Both the position numbers and the translations under genes were made by a program. A model generated the notes under the pieces. The model saw nothing but the letters and a program-made list of their open reading frames with translations. It was not told the origin of the DNA and did not search any database. This document shows positions 49,555 through 58,576 of a DNA stretch of 64,000 nt, one piece after another. The DNA is from Aquificaceae bacterium (GTDB lineage Bacteria; Aquificota; Aquificia; Aquificales; Aquificaceae). The DNA is taken from positions 1 through 64,000 of the forward strand of contig JBEPZX010000001.1 in NCBI GenBank assembly GCA_041640635.1. Direction: 5' to 3'. The stretch's first letter is position 1. The number at the start of each line of letters is the position of its first letter.

Positions 49555-51591
49555 TTAAATTACAGAAACCTTTATGGGGTTTTCCTTTCTTATAACTCTG
49601 AGTAAATTCCCAAGATTTTTGGAAGTGGTTTTGCAAAACAGTTCCCAAGAGTTATCCTTTTCGTAAAGCCTAAAGTTGATACACAGAGCTTTTAGTTCTT
49701 CCAAAGCTAATTTCCCTTTTTTGGTGTACTTTGCCAAAACGATTTTTGCAAAAGGAGGAAGGTTTTCTTCTTGTCTTTCCTTTAGTTCTGACTCTAAAAA
49801 ATCAAAGGGATTTTTTTCTACCAAGCTTTGCAAAACTGGAAAGTCAGGTTGTAGCGTTTGAACTATCAATTTTTCTTTGGTAATGGACAGAGCTGTCCAA
49901 AGGTACTTAAAGTATCGTTCTTGGGAATCGAAGAAGGGAACATTTAATATGTTGTCTGCATTGATTACGACAGTATGGTGATAAGTTCGTGATAAATTGG
50001 GCTGTGGAGCATAATGTATGTGGTTTAGTTTACCCAACTTGGTTTCTACCTCTTCTATTACCTTTTCTATTCCAAATCCCCACGGCTCCAGTTTTACTTC
50101 ATGAATGGGACATAAAGCTTGTGAACGGTAACCACATTTGCAAAAAACTTCCTCTTGACTAGCTGTTAGTGTGAGTAAGCTCGAGCAGTTAGGGCAAAAT
50201 AGCAAGTCTTGGCAAGAAGGACAAAAAGCGTAAGCGTAACCTAACTTATTAACAAGCACCAAGGTTTCCTTTGAGGTGTCTTTTAAAATCTCTAAAACTT
50301 GTGAGGTTATTATTTCCCTTGGTTTCCTTTGTATCAGAACCACCTTAGCTGGGTAATCGAGTACTTCTTTATCAAGAATTCCATCCTTTATAGCTCTGTA
50401 TGTGTGCGTATCTGGAGAAGGTGTAAATAAAACAAATTTGGCTCCAAGGTATTTGGACAAAGTGTAAAAATAGTTTCTTAAATCTACTCCGTTGTATAGT
50501 TTAGCTTCAAATTCGTCAAAAACGATTACAGTTTCTACATCCTTTATTGGTGTTAGTGCTACTAAATTAGTACCTATTACTATTCTGGGTTCTTCGAAGC
50601 TTAAGAACCAAGCTTTTACCAAGCTTTTTGGACTTTCCTTAGATGAAATAAATATAACTTTATCTCCAAAAGTATCTGTAAGTATACTTTCTAAGCTTGC
50701 CAAATTAGAAAGACTAGAAACAAAAATAAGAGAACTTTTCCTCCTTTGTAGGGAAAGCTCTAGTAACTCTAAGAGCCTTCTTATTAGGTCGTCTCTGTAT
50801 CCCAAAATTATGCTGGACTTTTGTAAAGCTTTGATTAAGTTTGGTTTTTCTTGATTTACAGTATAAGGGATATTTTTTATCCCGTAAACGTATTCCTTTT
50901 CTTTTTGAATAACACCTACTTTTGCTAAATCTTTTATATCCTTTGTTTTAAAGCCCTCGGACTTTAATTCATCTGTTGTGCAGTACAATCTCTCGCTTAT
51001 GTAATTTATAAGAGCCAATTTTTCCTCTTTGTTTTTGAACTTTTTAATCCTCTCTATGGCTTCTGCATAAGATACACCTAATTTTAGAATTTCCACTTCT
51101 AGTTTTGGCATATCCCATTTATAAAAGCTCTCTAAAAATCCCTTTTTCTTTAGTATTTCCACTTTTTCTTTTCCAAAATGCTTTTTTAGCAGCTCTTCTT
51201 TTAACTCCTTTCTCCTTTGGACATACAAAAGCACTTCTAAACTTTGTTTGTCTAGCGTTTTGTCGAGATGTCTTGAAAGTCTTATGAATTTTTCCTTTTT
51301 CCACTGAAAAGCTTTGGGTAACAAATCAAATAGGAAGTTCCATGGAAGTAAACCGTAAAAGTTAGAAATGTCCAGAACCGTTTTTATGTGTTGTGGTGTG
51401 GTTATGGGATATTTATCTAAGAATTCTACGTTATTTGCACTTGCGTCTTTTTCTGAAATTCCAACAACTATGCCTGTAGTTTGCCTGTGTTCTGCAGATA
51501 CCAAAACTCTATAACCTATAGGATTTTCTATTTGTGAAATGTAAGGAGCTATCAGAACTCTACCATTTGGGAGAGCTACCTTTAGATTCAT
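49555..51591 (-). CDS. priA: Primosomal protein N'-like, helicase motifs degenerate
   Basis: NKLGYA followed by CPSC..CPNC..CKC..CPIH, GFGIEKV, LIVQT, ERQEENLPPF. Confidence 0.72.
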   Translation of the reverse strand: MNLKVALPNGRVLIAPYISQIENPIGYRVLVSAEHRQTTGIVVGISEKDASANNVEFLDKYPITTPQHIKTVLDISNFYGLLPWNFLFDLLPKAFQWKKEKFIRLSRHLDKTLDKQSLEVLLYVQRRKELKEELLKKHFGKEKVEILKKKGFLESFYKWDMPKLEVEILKLGVSYAEAIERIKKFKNKEEKLALINYISERLYCTTDELKSEGFKTKDIKDLAKVGVIQKEKEYVYGIKNIPYTVNQEKPNLIKALQKSSIILGYRDDLIRRLLELLELSLQRRKSSLIFVSSLSNLASLESILTDTFGDKVIFISSKESPKSLVKAWFLSFEEPRIVIGTNLVALTPIKDVETVIVFDEFEAKLYNGVDLRNYFYTLSKYLGAKFVLFTPSPDTHTYRAIKDGILDKEVLDYPAKVVLIQRKPREIITSQVLEILKDTSKETLVLVNKLGYAYAFCPSCQDLLFCPNCSSLLTLTASQEEVFCKCGYRSQALCPIHEVKLEPWGFGIEKVIEEVETKLGKLNHIHYAPQPNLSRTYHHTVVINADNILNVPFFDSQERYFKYLWTALSITKEKLIVQTLQPDFPVLQSLVEKNPFDFLESELKERQEENLPPFAKIVLAKYTKKGKLALEELKALCINFRLYEKDNSWELFCKTTSKNLGNLLRVIRKENPIKVSVI

Positions 51592-52079
51592 TCACCGTAG
51601 TATTCAGCTTTTGAAGTGGCGGTTTCCCAAAGTACTACTTTAACAACTTTTACATCTCCTAAAATCTTAGCTTCCTTGAGTTTGGTTTCCAGGAACTCAT
51701 AGAAAAATTTAGCCAAAGCTTCAGCGGTAGGACAAAAGTTTACCGGGAATATCTTAAGTGCACCGTATTTTTCTGCAGTAGTTTTTAGGTCTTCATACAT
51801 AGGGTCATGTGTATCTATTATGAAGCTATGGTCGATAGTATCTATTAAATCTTTTAAAGCGTTTTTGACATGATAGAAGTCGATTACCATATCCTGCTCA
51901 CTTAGTGTATCCGAGCCCAAAACCACCTCAAGCACGTAGCTGTGTCCATGAAGGTTAACACACTTATTCACAGGCACTTCACGTATGGAAAACTGGGAGC
52001 CTCTTCCCATGGTCAGGTTTTGCTTCCAAACTCTGTGCCCCGCTTCGAACCTAAAGGTCTTGCTTATCTGCCACTTCAT
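51588..52079 (-). CDS. queD: 6-carboxy-tetrahydropterin synthase (start ATG 52079 or GTG 52085)
   Basis: FEAGH, CVNLHGHSY, VIDF, DH, PTAE, WET. Confidence 0.85.
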   Translation of the reverse strand: MKWQISKTFRFEAGHRVWKQNLTMGRGSQFSIREVPVNKCVNLHGHSYVLEVVLGSDTLSEQDMVIDFYHVKNALKDLIDTIDHSFIIDTHDPMYEDLKTTAEKYGALKIFPVNFCPTAEALAKFFYEFLETKLKEAKILGDVKVVKVVLWETATSKAEYYGE

Positions 52080-52318
52080 CACCACACCACCACCTTTTTA
52101 GCATTTACTATAAGCTCTGCTATTTCTTCGTAACTTCTGAGCTTTTCTTTGGGTATGTCCACACCTCGTGCGATTGCATCCTCTTTGCACGCATACCAGT
52201 CCTTTCTTGTGGGAACTCTCAAAACACCATCCTGTATAAGTATAACTATGTCACCATCCTCTACAAGATCCGATGAGAAATCACCGAGTTTTCTAACAAG
52301 CCATAGTGTCCTTACCAT
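52079..52318 (-). CDS. DsrH/TusB-family sulfur relay protein
   Basis: ILIQDGV, EDAIARG, SYEE. Confidence 0.82.
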   Translation of the reverse strand: MVRTLWLVRKLGDFSSDLVEDGDIVILIQDGVLRVPTRKDWYACKEDAIARGVDIPKEKLRSYEEIAELIVNAKKVVVW

Positions 52319-52653
52319 ACGAAAACAGCCTCCACCTCTTTTAGTAAGTTTTTTATATCCTCCATGCTCATTAGATCGGGTTCTATCACAAAGTTTTCCT
52401 TCTTTATTCCCCTTTCCTCAGCGGAAGCATCCTCTACAATCACCTTCATATTTACGTATTCCATATTCTGTAAAAGCCTATCAAAGCCCTCAATACCCAA
52501 ACTCTCCGGTTTCCATCTCGTCAAAGCGTAAACGCCGTCCTTTATGAGGATAAAGTATACCTGTGCGGATATGGCTACCGCCATAGCTACCCTTATAGCT
52601 TCGTAGGCTTTCCAAGAAAAAGGATCTCCTTTGAGTATGAACGCTACTTTCAT
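52312..52653 (-). CDS. DsrF/TusC-like (DsrE family) protein, Cys-free
   Basis: VAFILKGDP, EAIRVA, DGVYAL, SAEERGI. Confidence 0.78.
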   Translation of the reverse strand: MKVAFILKGDPFSWKAYEAIRVAMAVAISAQVYFILIKDGVYALTRWKPESLGIEGFDRLLQNMEYVNMKVIVEDASAEERGIKKENFVIEPDLMSMEDIKNLLKEVEAVFVW

Positions 52654-52655
52654 TT

Positions 52656-52955
52656 CTAGTTAAAGATTATAACTTTTTCAAATTCTGAAAGCATTCTAGA
52701 TAAGTTGTATGTAGAACTGCTTTCAAATATATCGGGTGGGTTGTTTACACCTCGTTGATGCGCCGAGTGAGCACAGTACATTATCTTTGCGTAATCTTTT
52801 AGCTGTGTAGCTTCTGGTCTTATCATGTAATAAACACCGTTACCTACCAAAAATATGGTCACACTACCCTTTTTTGAGAGGAATTTAGCTAAGTTGTAAA
52901 CGCTTCCGTAGTCCTTAGAAAAAGGATTGGAGCTTATCACAAACAAAAACTTCAT
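52656..52955 (-). CDS. DsrE/TusD-like sulfur relay protein
   Basis: FVISSNP, IFLVGNGVY, CAHSAHQRG (active Cys). Confidence 0.78.
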   Translation of the reverse strand: MKFLFVISSNPFSKDYGSVYNLAKFLSKKGSVTIFLVGNGVYYMIRPEATQLKDYAKIMYCAHSAHQRGVNNPPDIFESSSTYNLSRMLSEFEKVIIFN

Positions 52956-53197
52956 TTGGTTTTCCTAACGATTATTTCCCATTCTTTTTCGCCTATCTGG
53001 TTAACAGCCAATACGTCTTGCCCTTCCTCTCTCATGCTTTTAGGAACGTTTTCGGCGGACGGTTGGTAATCCACTATGACTCTGAGTACCTGTCCCTTTT
53101 CCATCTGTTCCAGCACCAGTTTGCTTTTGACAAAGGTGAATGGGCAAACATCGCCTCTTATATCCAGTTCTTTGTCATACTTTAGCTCGTCCATCAT
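52952..53197 (-). CDS. tusA: Second TusA-family sulfur carrier
   Basis: LDIRGDVCPF, GQVLRVIVD, ENVP. Confidence 0.85.
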   Translation of the reverse strand: MMDELKYDKELDIRGDVCPFTFVKSKLVLEQMEKGQVLRVIVDYQPSAENVPKSMREEGQDVLAVNQIGEKEWEIIVRKTK

Positions 53198-53279
53198 ATA
53201 GTAATTATATTTTATTTAAACACATTTCAAAGTCCACCCTAAAACCCATTCTCTCACTCCACCGACCTCACCTATATGC

Positions 53280-55310
53280 TCACTTCTTAATCTTTCCTTG
53301 AAGAACAGAAGCAACATAGTCGGGATTGAAAAATTCCTTGTAATAGTTGTCTATGGGATAAACCTTGTTGCCTATTCTAACATTTAGATATTTAGTTCCC
53401 TTTGGCGATGCGTTAAAGTAGCCTTCCGGTGTTATGACAACCCACTCGCCGTCTTCGAAACTCACAAATTGGGCAATTTCTTTACCGGTAGAGACATCCC
53501 AAAGGCGAACGGTGCCATCTTTGCTACTAGATACAATCAGTTTACCATCAGAGGAAAAGGTTACTGACATAACATCGTTATCATGTCCTATAAATGTCCT
53601 TATTTCTTTACCAGTAGCAACATCCCAAAGTCTAACGGTGTTGTCTTCACCTCCCGATGCAATCATCTTACCATCAGGAGAAAAAGCTACGGATGTGACC
53701 CGACTGCTATGCCCTATAAATGTCCTAATTTCCCTACCAGTAGTTACATCCCAGAGTTTAATAGTCTTGTCATGACTTCCAGACACTATCATCTTACCAT
53801 CCGGTGAAAAAGCTAAAGATGAGACCCAGTCATTATGCCCTATAAATGTCCTAATTTCTCTACCAGTAGCAATATCCCAAAGCTTAAGAGTTCTGTCAAT
53901 ACTTCCGGATGCAATCCACTTATCATCAGGTGAAAAGGCTACGGATTTAACCTTGTTATTATGTCGCACAAATGTTCTAATTTCTCCACCAGTAGCAATA
54001 TCCCAAAGTTTAAGGGTATTGTCATCACTTCCTGACACAATCCATTTACCATCCGGTGAAAAGACTACAGATCTGACCCAGTCATCATGCCCCCTAAATG
54101 TCTTAATTTCTCTACCAGTAGCAACATCCCAAAGTTTAAGGGTTTTATCCCAACTTCCCGATACAATCCACTTACCATCTAGTGAAAAAGCTAAAGATGA
54201 GACCACCTCACTATGTCCTTCAAATCTCCCTATCTCCTTACCAATAGCAACATCCCAGAGGATGATTTTGTTATCATTTCCAGACACAATCCACTTACCA
54301 TCTGGTGAAAAGGTTACGGATGTGACCCAAAAGCCGAGTCTCCTAAATGTCTTAATCTCCTTACCAGTAGCAACATCCCAAAGCTTAATTTCGCGCCCAC
54401 TGTCAGACGCAATCATCTTACCATCTGGTGAAAAAGCAACGGATGTGACACCATGAGTATGTCCTTTAAACGTCCTAATTTCTCTGCCAGTAGCAACATT
54501 CCAGAGTTTAATTCCGTCTTTATTTCCAGACGCAATCCACTTACCATCTGGTGAAAAGGCTACGGAGAGAACCACGTCGCTATGTCCCCGGAATGTCCTA
54601 ATTTCTCTGCCAGTAGCAACATCCCAAAGTTTAATAGTTCCGTCCCAACTACCAGATACGATCCATTTACCATTAGGCGAAAAGGCTACGACTTCTACCC
54701 ATCCACTATGCCCTATAAATGTCCTAATTTCCCTACCAGTGGCAACATCCCAAAGTTTAATAGTTTTGTCATAACTTCCTGATACAATCCACTTACCATC
54801 TGGTGAAAAAGTGACGGATTCAACGGAAAGGTTATTTCCCTCAAATGTCCTAATTTCTCTACCATTATCAACATCCCAGAGTTTAATAGATCCGTCCGAG
54901 CTTCCCGATACAATCCACTTACCATTTGGCGAAAAGGCTACGGATTTGATCCAGTCATTATCCCTAAATGTCCTTATTTCTCTACCAGTAGCAACATCCC
55001 AAAGTCTAATAGTTTCGTCCCAACTACCAGATGCTATCATCTTACCATCAGGTGAGAAAACCACGGATGTAACCCATTTATTATGTCCTCTAAATGTAGC
55101 TATTTCTATACCCGTAAAGACATCCCAAAGTTTAATAGTTCCGTTAGCATCTCCAGATACCACTCTTTTACCATCCGGTGAAAAAGCTACGGATGTAACA
55201 AGATCACTATGCCCCAATTGCACATAAACCTCAGGCTTCTCTTTTGCAAAAGAGAGATACGGCGCTATAAACAGCAAAAGGGTGCTTAAGAGTTTAATTA
55301 TCAAAGACAT
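53280..55310 (-). CDS. Secreted WD40-repeat protein (14 repeats)
   Basis: Signal peptide; 14 x GH..V.SVAFSPDGK.I.SGS.D.TIKLWD; GGAGGT SD. Confidence 0.93.
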   Translation of the reverse strand: MSLIIKLLSTLLLFIAPYLSFAKEKPEVYVQLGHSDLVTSVAFSPDGKRVVSGDANGTIKLWDVFTGIEIATFRGHNKWVTSVVFSPDGKMIASGSWDETIRLWDVATGREIRTFRDNDWIKSVAFSPNGKWIVSGSSDGSIKLWDVDNGREIRTFEGNNLSVESVTFSPDGKWIVSGSYDKTIKLWDVATGREIRTFIGHSGWVEVVAFSPNGKWIVSGSWDGTIKLWDVATGREIRTFRGHSDVVLSVAFSPDGKWIASGNKDGIKLWNVATGREIRTFKGHTHGVTSVAFSPDGKMIASDSGREIKLWDVATGKEIKTFRRLGFWVTSVTFSPDGKWIVSGNDNKIILWDVAIGKEIGRFEGHSEVVSSLAFSLDGKWIVSGSWDKTLKLWDVATGREIKTFRGHDDWVRSVVFSPDGKWIVSGSDDNTLKLWDIATGGEIRTFVRHNNKVKSVAFSPDDKWIASGSIDRTLKLWDIATGREIRTFIGHNDWVSSLAFSPDGKMIVSGSHDKTIKLWDVTTGREIRTFIGHSSRVTSVAFSPDGKMIASGGEDNTVRLWDVATGKEIRTFIGHDNDVMSVTFSSDGKLIVSSSKDGTVRLWDVSTGKEIAQFVSFEDGEWVVITPEGYFNASPKGTKYLNVRIGNKVYPIDNYYKEFFNPDYVASVLQGKIKK
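53470..55214 (-). repeat. Tandem array of 14 coding repeats of 123-126 bp
   Basis: Recurrent plus-strand blocks such as ATTTCTCTACCAGTAGCAACATCCCAAAGT and CCACTTACCATCTGGTGAAAA at about 125-bp period. Confidence 0.92.
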
Positions 55311-55457
55311 AGCTTCATACCTCCCGTAGTATTATTTTAATTAGCTTTGCGTTTTGGTTTTTATTAATAAACTTAGCTTGGCGCTGATTTCCAACAAATT
55401 TTAAAACCCTTCCTTGTCCCCCCTTTCCTTAGCCACAACGCTTACTCCACTACAAAC

Positions 55458-56135
55458 CTACCAAATCAACGGTTTGCCAATACGTTCAAAACGTGGGTTG
55501 AAAAGTGCCAACACTAACTGCTTCACACCGGTAAATATACTTACATCTGTGCTTTGCAATGGTGGTATATCACCAGAGTAATACACTACAAAAGCCTTAC
55601 CAACTATGTTTTCCTTAGGTAAAAATCCCCAATACCTACTATCTTCACTGTTGTCTCTGTTATCACCTAATACAAAGTAATGACCTTCTGGCACTATTGT
55701 AGGTGGCATGTCCCTTCTTGGAAGGATTGGTTCTTCATATAAGGCTATTTTGTGTTTTACACCGTTTGGGAGTGTTTCTTCAAAAACTAGTTTTTTAAAG
55801 CCGTCTTCCACTTCTTCTCCAAGTAGTTTGGAAGGAAGTTCTTGTCCATTTATATACACCTTTCCATTTGTAACTTCTACTAAATCTCCAGGTAAAGCTA
55901 TAACTCTCTTTATGAAATCTATGCGAGGATCTACTGGCCATTTGAAAACTACTATGTCTCCCCTCTGAACACTAGAAAATCTGTAGACAAGCTTATTAAC
56001 TAGTATGAAATCTCCTACCAATAAAGTAGGCTTCATTGAACCCGAAGGAATATTGTAAGCTTGTACTAAAAAGGTTCTGATAAGTAACACAATTAGCACT
56101 ACTATGATAAGTTCTTTAATCCATTTACTTTTCAT
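55458..56135 (-). CDS. lepB: Signal peptidase I
   Basis: IPSGSMKPTL, FIKRVIA, GDNRDNSEDSRYWG. Confidence 0.95.
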   Translation of the reverse strand: MKSKWIKELIIVVLIVLLIRTFLVQAYNIPSGSMKPTLLVGDFILVNKLVYRFSSVQRGDIVVFKWPVDPRIDFIKRVIALPGDLVEVTNGKVYINGQELPSKLLGEEVEDGFKKLVFEETLPNGVKHKIALYEEPILPRRDMPPTIVPEGHYFVLGDNRDNSEDSRYWGFLPKENIVGKAFVVYYSGDIPPLQSTDVSIFTGVKQLVLALFNPRFERIGKPLIW

Positions 56136-56177
56136 CAGATAAAAGATTATAATTTAAACTTAAGGTGAGGGTTCAAA

Positions 56178-57311
56178 ATGTCTAGATGTATAAAAATGGC
56201 AGAATCACCTATGGAAGGTCATCCTGACAAACTCGCCGACCTTGTGGCTGATGCTTTGCTTGATGAGTTTATAAAGAAGGATCCCTACAGCAGAGTTTCT
56301 CTGGAGATTCTTGTGATCTCTGGACTCACATTTGTAGCGGGACATGTGTATACGGAAAGCTACGTGGACATACCTGGGACCGTGAGAAAAACCATAAAAG
56401 AAGTGGGATATAACAGACCCGATTACGGATTTGATGCTGACACTTCCGCTGTCATAACCACCATAGAAGAACAGGGAGCGGAGATAGTTTTAGGTATATC
56501 TTCCGAAGGAGCGGGAGATACAGCAACCGTTGTAGGGTATGCATGCAACGAAACACCAAACTATATGCCCCTTTCCATAAATACAGCCCATTCTGTATCA
56601 AAGAACTTATCAGATCTCAGAAAGTCTGGCAAAGCGCCTTTCCTGAGACCCGACGGTAAAGTCTTGATAACGACCGTTTATGAACAAGAAAAGCCCCTAT
56701 ACCTCAAGGACATAATTGTATACGTTCAGCACGATCCGGAGATCAGCTTGGACAAGCTGAGAGACTTTGTTATAGAAGAATCCGTGATGAAGGTAGTGGA
56801 TAAAAAATACATAACAAAGGACACACGCATACTCGTGAATCCTTCCGGTAGATTTGTCTCAGGTGGTCCAACGGTTGACGCAGGACAAACGGGAAGGAAG
56901 ATCGTTTCCGATGCTTATGGGGATGTGGCTTACTCCGGTGGTAGTGCCTTTTCCGGAAAGGACCCAACAAAAACGGATAGATCGGCTTCCTATTTGGCTC
57001 GATGCATTGCTAAACACGTGGTTGGTGCAGGACTGGCACAAAGGTGTATGGTAAAGATGGCTTACGCTTTCGGAATGAGCGAAGTTATCGCCTTTGATAT
57101 AGAAACCTATTCCACAGAAAGTGTGGAAGTGGAGAAAATTAAAAGAGCCTTGCTAGAAATCTTTCCAACAAATCCCAGAAAGTTGATAGACTTTTTGGAT
57201 CTGAGAAAGCCTATTTACAAATCTACCGCTTGCTATGGACACTTTGGCAAAGATTACTTACCCTGGGAAAAACTCACCAAACTCGAAGAGTTAAAGGAAC
57301 TCTGTAAGTAA
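56178..57311 (+). CDS. metK: S-adenosylmethionine synthetase (divergent bacterial type)
   Basis: EGHPDK, GAGD, RPDGK, TGRKI, FSGKDPTK.DRS, YGHFG. Confidence 0.88.
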   Translation: MSRCIKMAESPMEGHPDKLADLVADALLDEFIKKDPYSRVSLEILVISGLTFVAGHVYTESYVDIPGTVRKTIKEVGYNRPDYGFDADTSAVITTIEEQGAEIVLGISSEGAGDTATVVGYACNETPNYMPLSINTAHSVSKNLSDLRKSGKAPFLRPDGKVLITTVYEQEKPLYLKDIIVYVQHDPEISLDKLRDFVIEESVMKVVDKKYITKDTRILVNPSGRFVSGGPTVDAGQTGRKIVSDAYGDVAYSGGSAFSGKDPTKTDRSASYLARCIAKHVVGAGLAQRCMVKMAYAFGMSEVIAFDIETYSTESVEVEKIKRALLEIFPTNPRKLIDFLDLRKPIYKSTACYGHFGKDYLPWEKLTKLEELKELCK

Positions 57312-57313
57312 CC

Positions 57314-58576
57314 TTACCGCTTTATACTAACCTTTAAAAAGTGTGTGGCGCAGGATATACATGGGTCAAAGTTTCTTATCATGGACTCACAGGACTCTTT
57401 CACCGTTTCTTCATCCATGTTTAGGTTAGGTATCAAGTGAACAAGAGCTTTCTCCATAATATCCTGATTTTGTGACGTTGGTGGAACTATGTTGGCTTTT
57501 AGTATCTTGCCCTCTTCATCAAAGGTGTATGAATGGTAAAGCATTCCTCTGGGAGCTTCTGATATGCCATAACCTGTATACGCCTTTGGTTTTACCTCTA
57601 TCCTTGTAGGATCTGGTTTTTTATAGTTTTTAACTACCTTTAGGGCTCTTTCTAAGGAATCCACCATCTCCACCATACGCACCAGCAGGCTTTTGTAGGG
57701 ATTTAAGAGAGGGGGATGCAAGCCTATCCTGTTTGATAGTTCTAAAGCAATAGGTGATAGCTTTTCGTATGCGTTGTTGAATCTTGCCAAGGGACCAACT
57801 AAGTAGGTTTTTCCTTTGTATTGGCATCGCTTGGCTGTGGAGTACTCCACTTCGTACTCTTTAAAGTAGTCCTCAAATTCTTCCAGTTTTACGATGTCCT
57901 GACCTATCTGTATATCGCCTTTAAGGATAGGATAGTCTTTATCGGTGATGCTTGCAAACAAGACGTCTTTTAGCTCAAACTCCGGGAAAGGTAAATCCTT
58001 TAGTTTTTCCGCAACGTATACACAAAGATCTAAAGCTTTTTCAATTTCCGCCTTTAGGTGGGATACGTCCTCTGGAAGATGGGAAAATCCGCCTGCACAT
58101 ATGGAGACTGGGTGTGAGGTTCTCCCCCCTATGGTTTGGATAATTGAACTTCCCGCTTTCTTTATTTCTAACCCTACCTTCACATACTCTGCGTTTACCT
58201 TTGCCAAATCCATGATGGAGGAAACCTTGAAAAAATCAGGAAGGTGCAGGAAGAACACGTGCAGAGCATGAGAATGTATCCATTCCCCGTAGTATATTAG
58301 CCGTCTTATTGTTTCTATCTCTCCAGGAACGCTTAAGCCAAAGGCATTCTCTATGGCTTGGACTCCGCTTATCTGGTAAGCGATGGGACATATACCGCAT
58401 ATGCGGGCGGTTATTTCGGGAATAACCTCGTAACTTTTTCCTTTCAGTATACCTTCTATGAACCTGGGCGGTTCGTAAATAATGAGCTTTAGAGACTTAA
58501 CAGTTCCATTTTCCAAAAGTATGTCCAGAGCTCCTTCCCCTTCCACTCTAGTTAACGCATCCACCTTAATCCTCAT
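57314..58576 (-). CDS. Group 3b NiFe hydrogenase large (alpha) subunit (start ATG 58576)
   Basis: TRVEGEG, RICGICP (L1), EAPRG, DPCISCATH (L2) plus short C-terminal extension. Confidence 0.93.
   Translation of the reverse strand: MRIKVDALTRVEGEGALDILLENGTVKSLKLIIYEPPRFIEGILKGKSYEVIPEITARICGICPIAYQISGVQAIENAFGLSVPGEIETIRRLIYYGEWIHSHALHVFFLHLPDFFKVSSIMDLAKVNAEYVKVGLEIKKAGSSIIQTIGGRTSHPVSICAGGFSHLPEDVSHLKAEIEKALDLCVYVAEKLKDLPFPEFELKDVLFASITDKDYPILKGDIQIGQDIVKLEEFEDYFKEYEVEYSTAKRCQYKGKTYLVGPLARFNNAYEKLSPIALELSNRIGLHPPLLNPYKSLLVRMVEMVDSLERALKVVKNYKKPDPTRIEVKPKAYTGYGISEAPRGMLYHSYTFDEEGKILKANIVPPTSQNQDIMEKALVHLIPNLNMDEETVKESCESMIRNFDPCISCATHFLKVSIKR

Noticed and set aside
53434..55227. Repetitive plus-strand ORFs; array considered as CRISPR or DGR
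   Set aside because: These are antisense shadows of in-frame WD40 repeats; there is no repeat-spacer structure, cas gene or reverse transcriptase in the window
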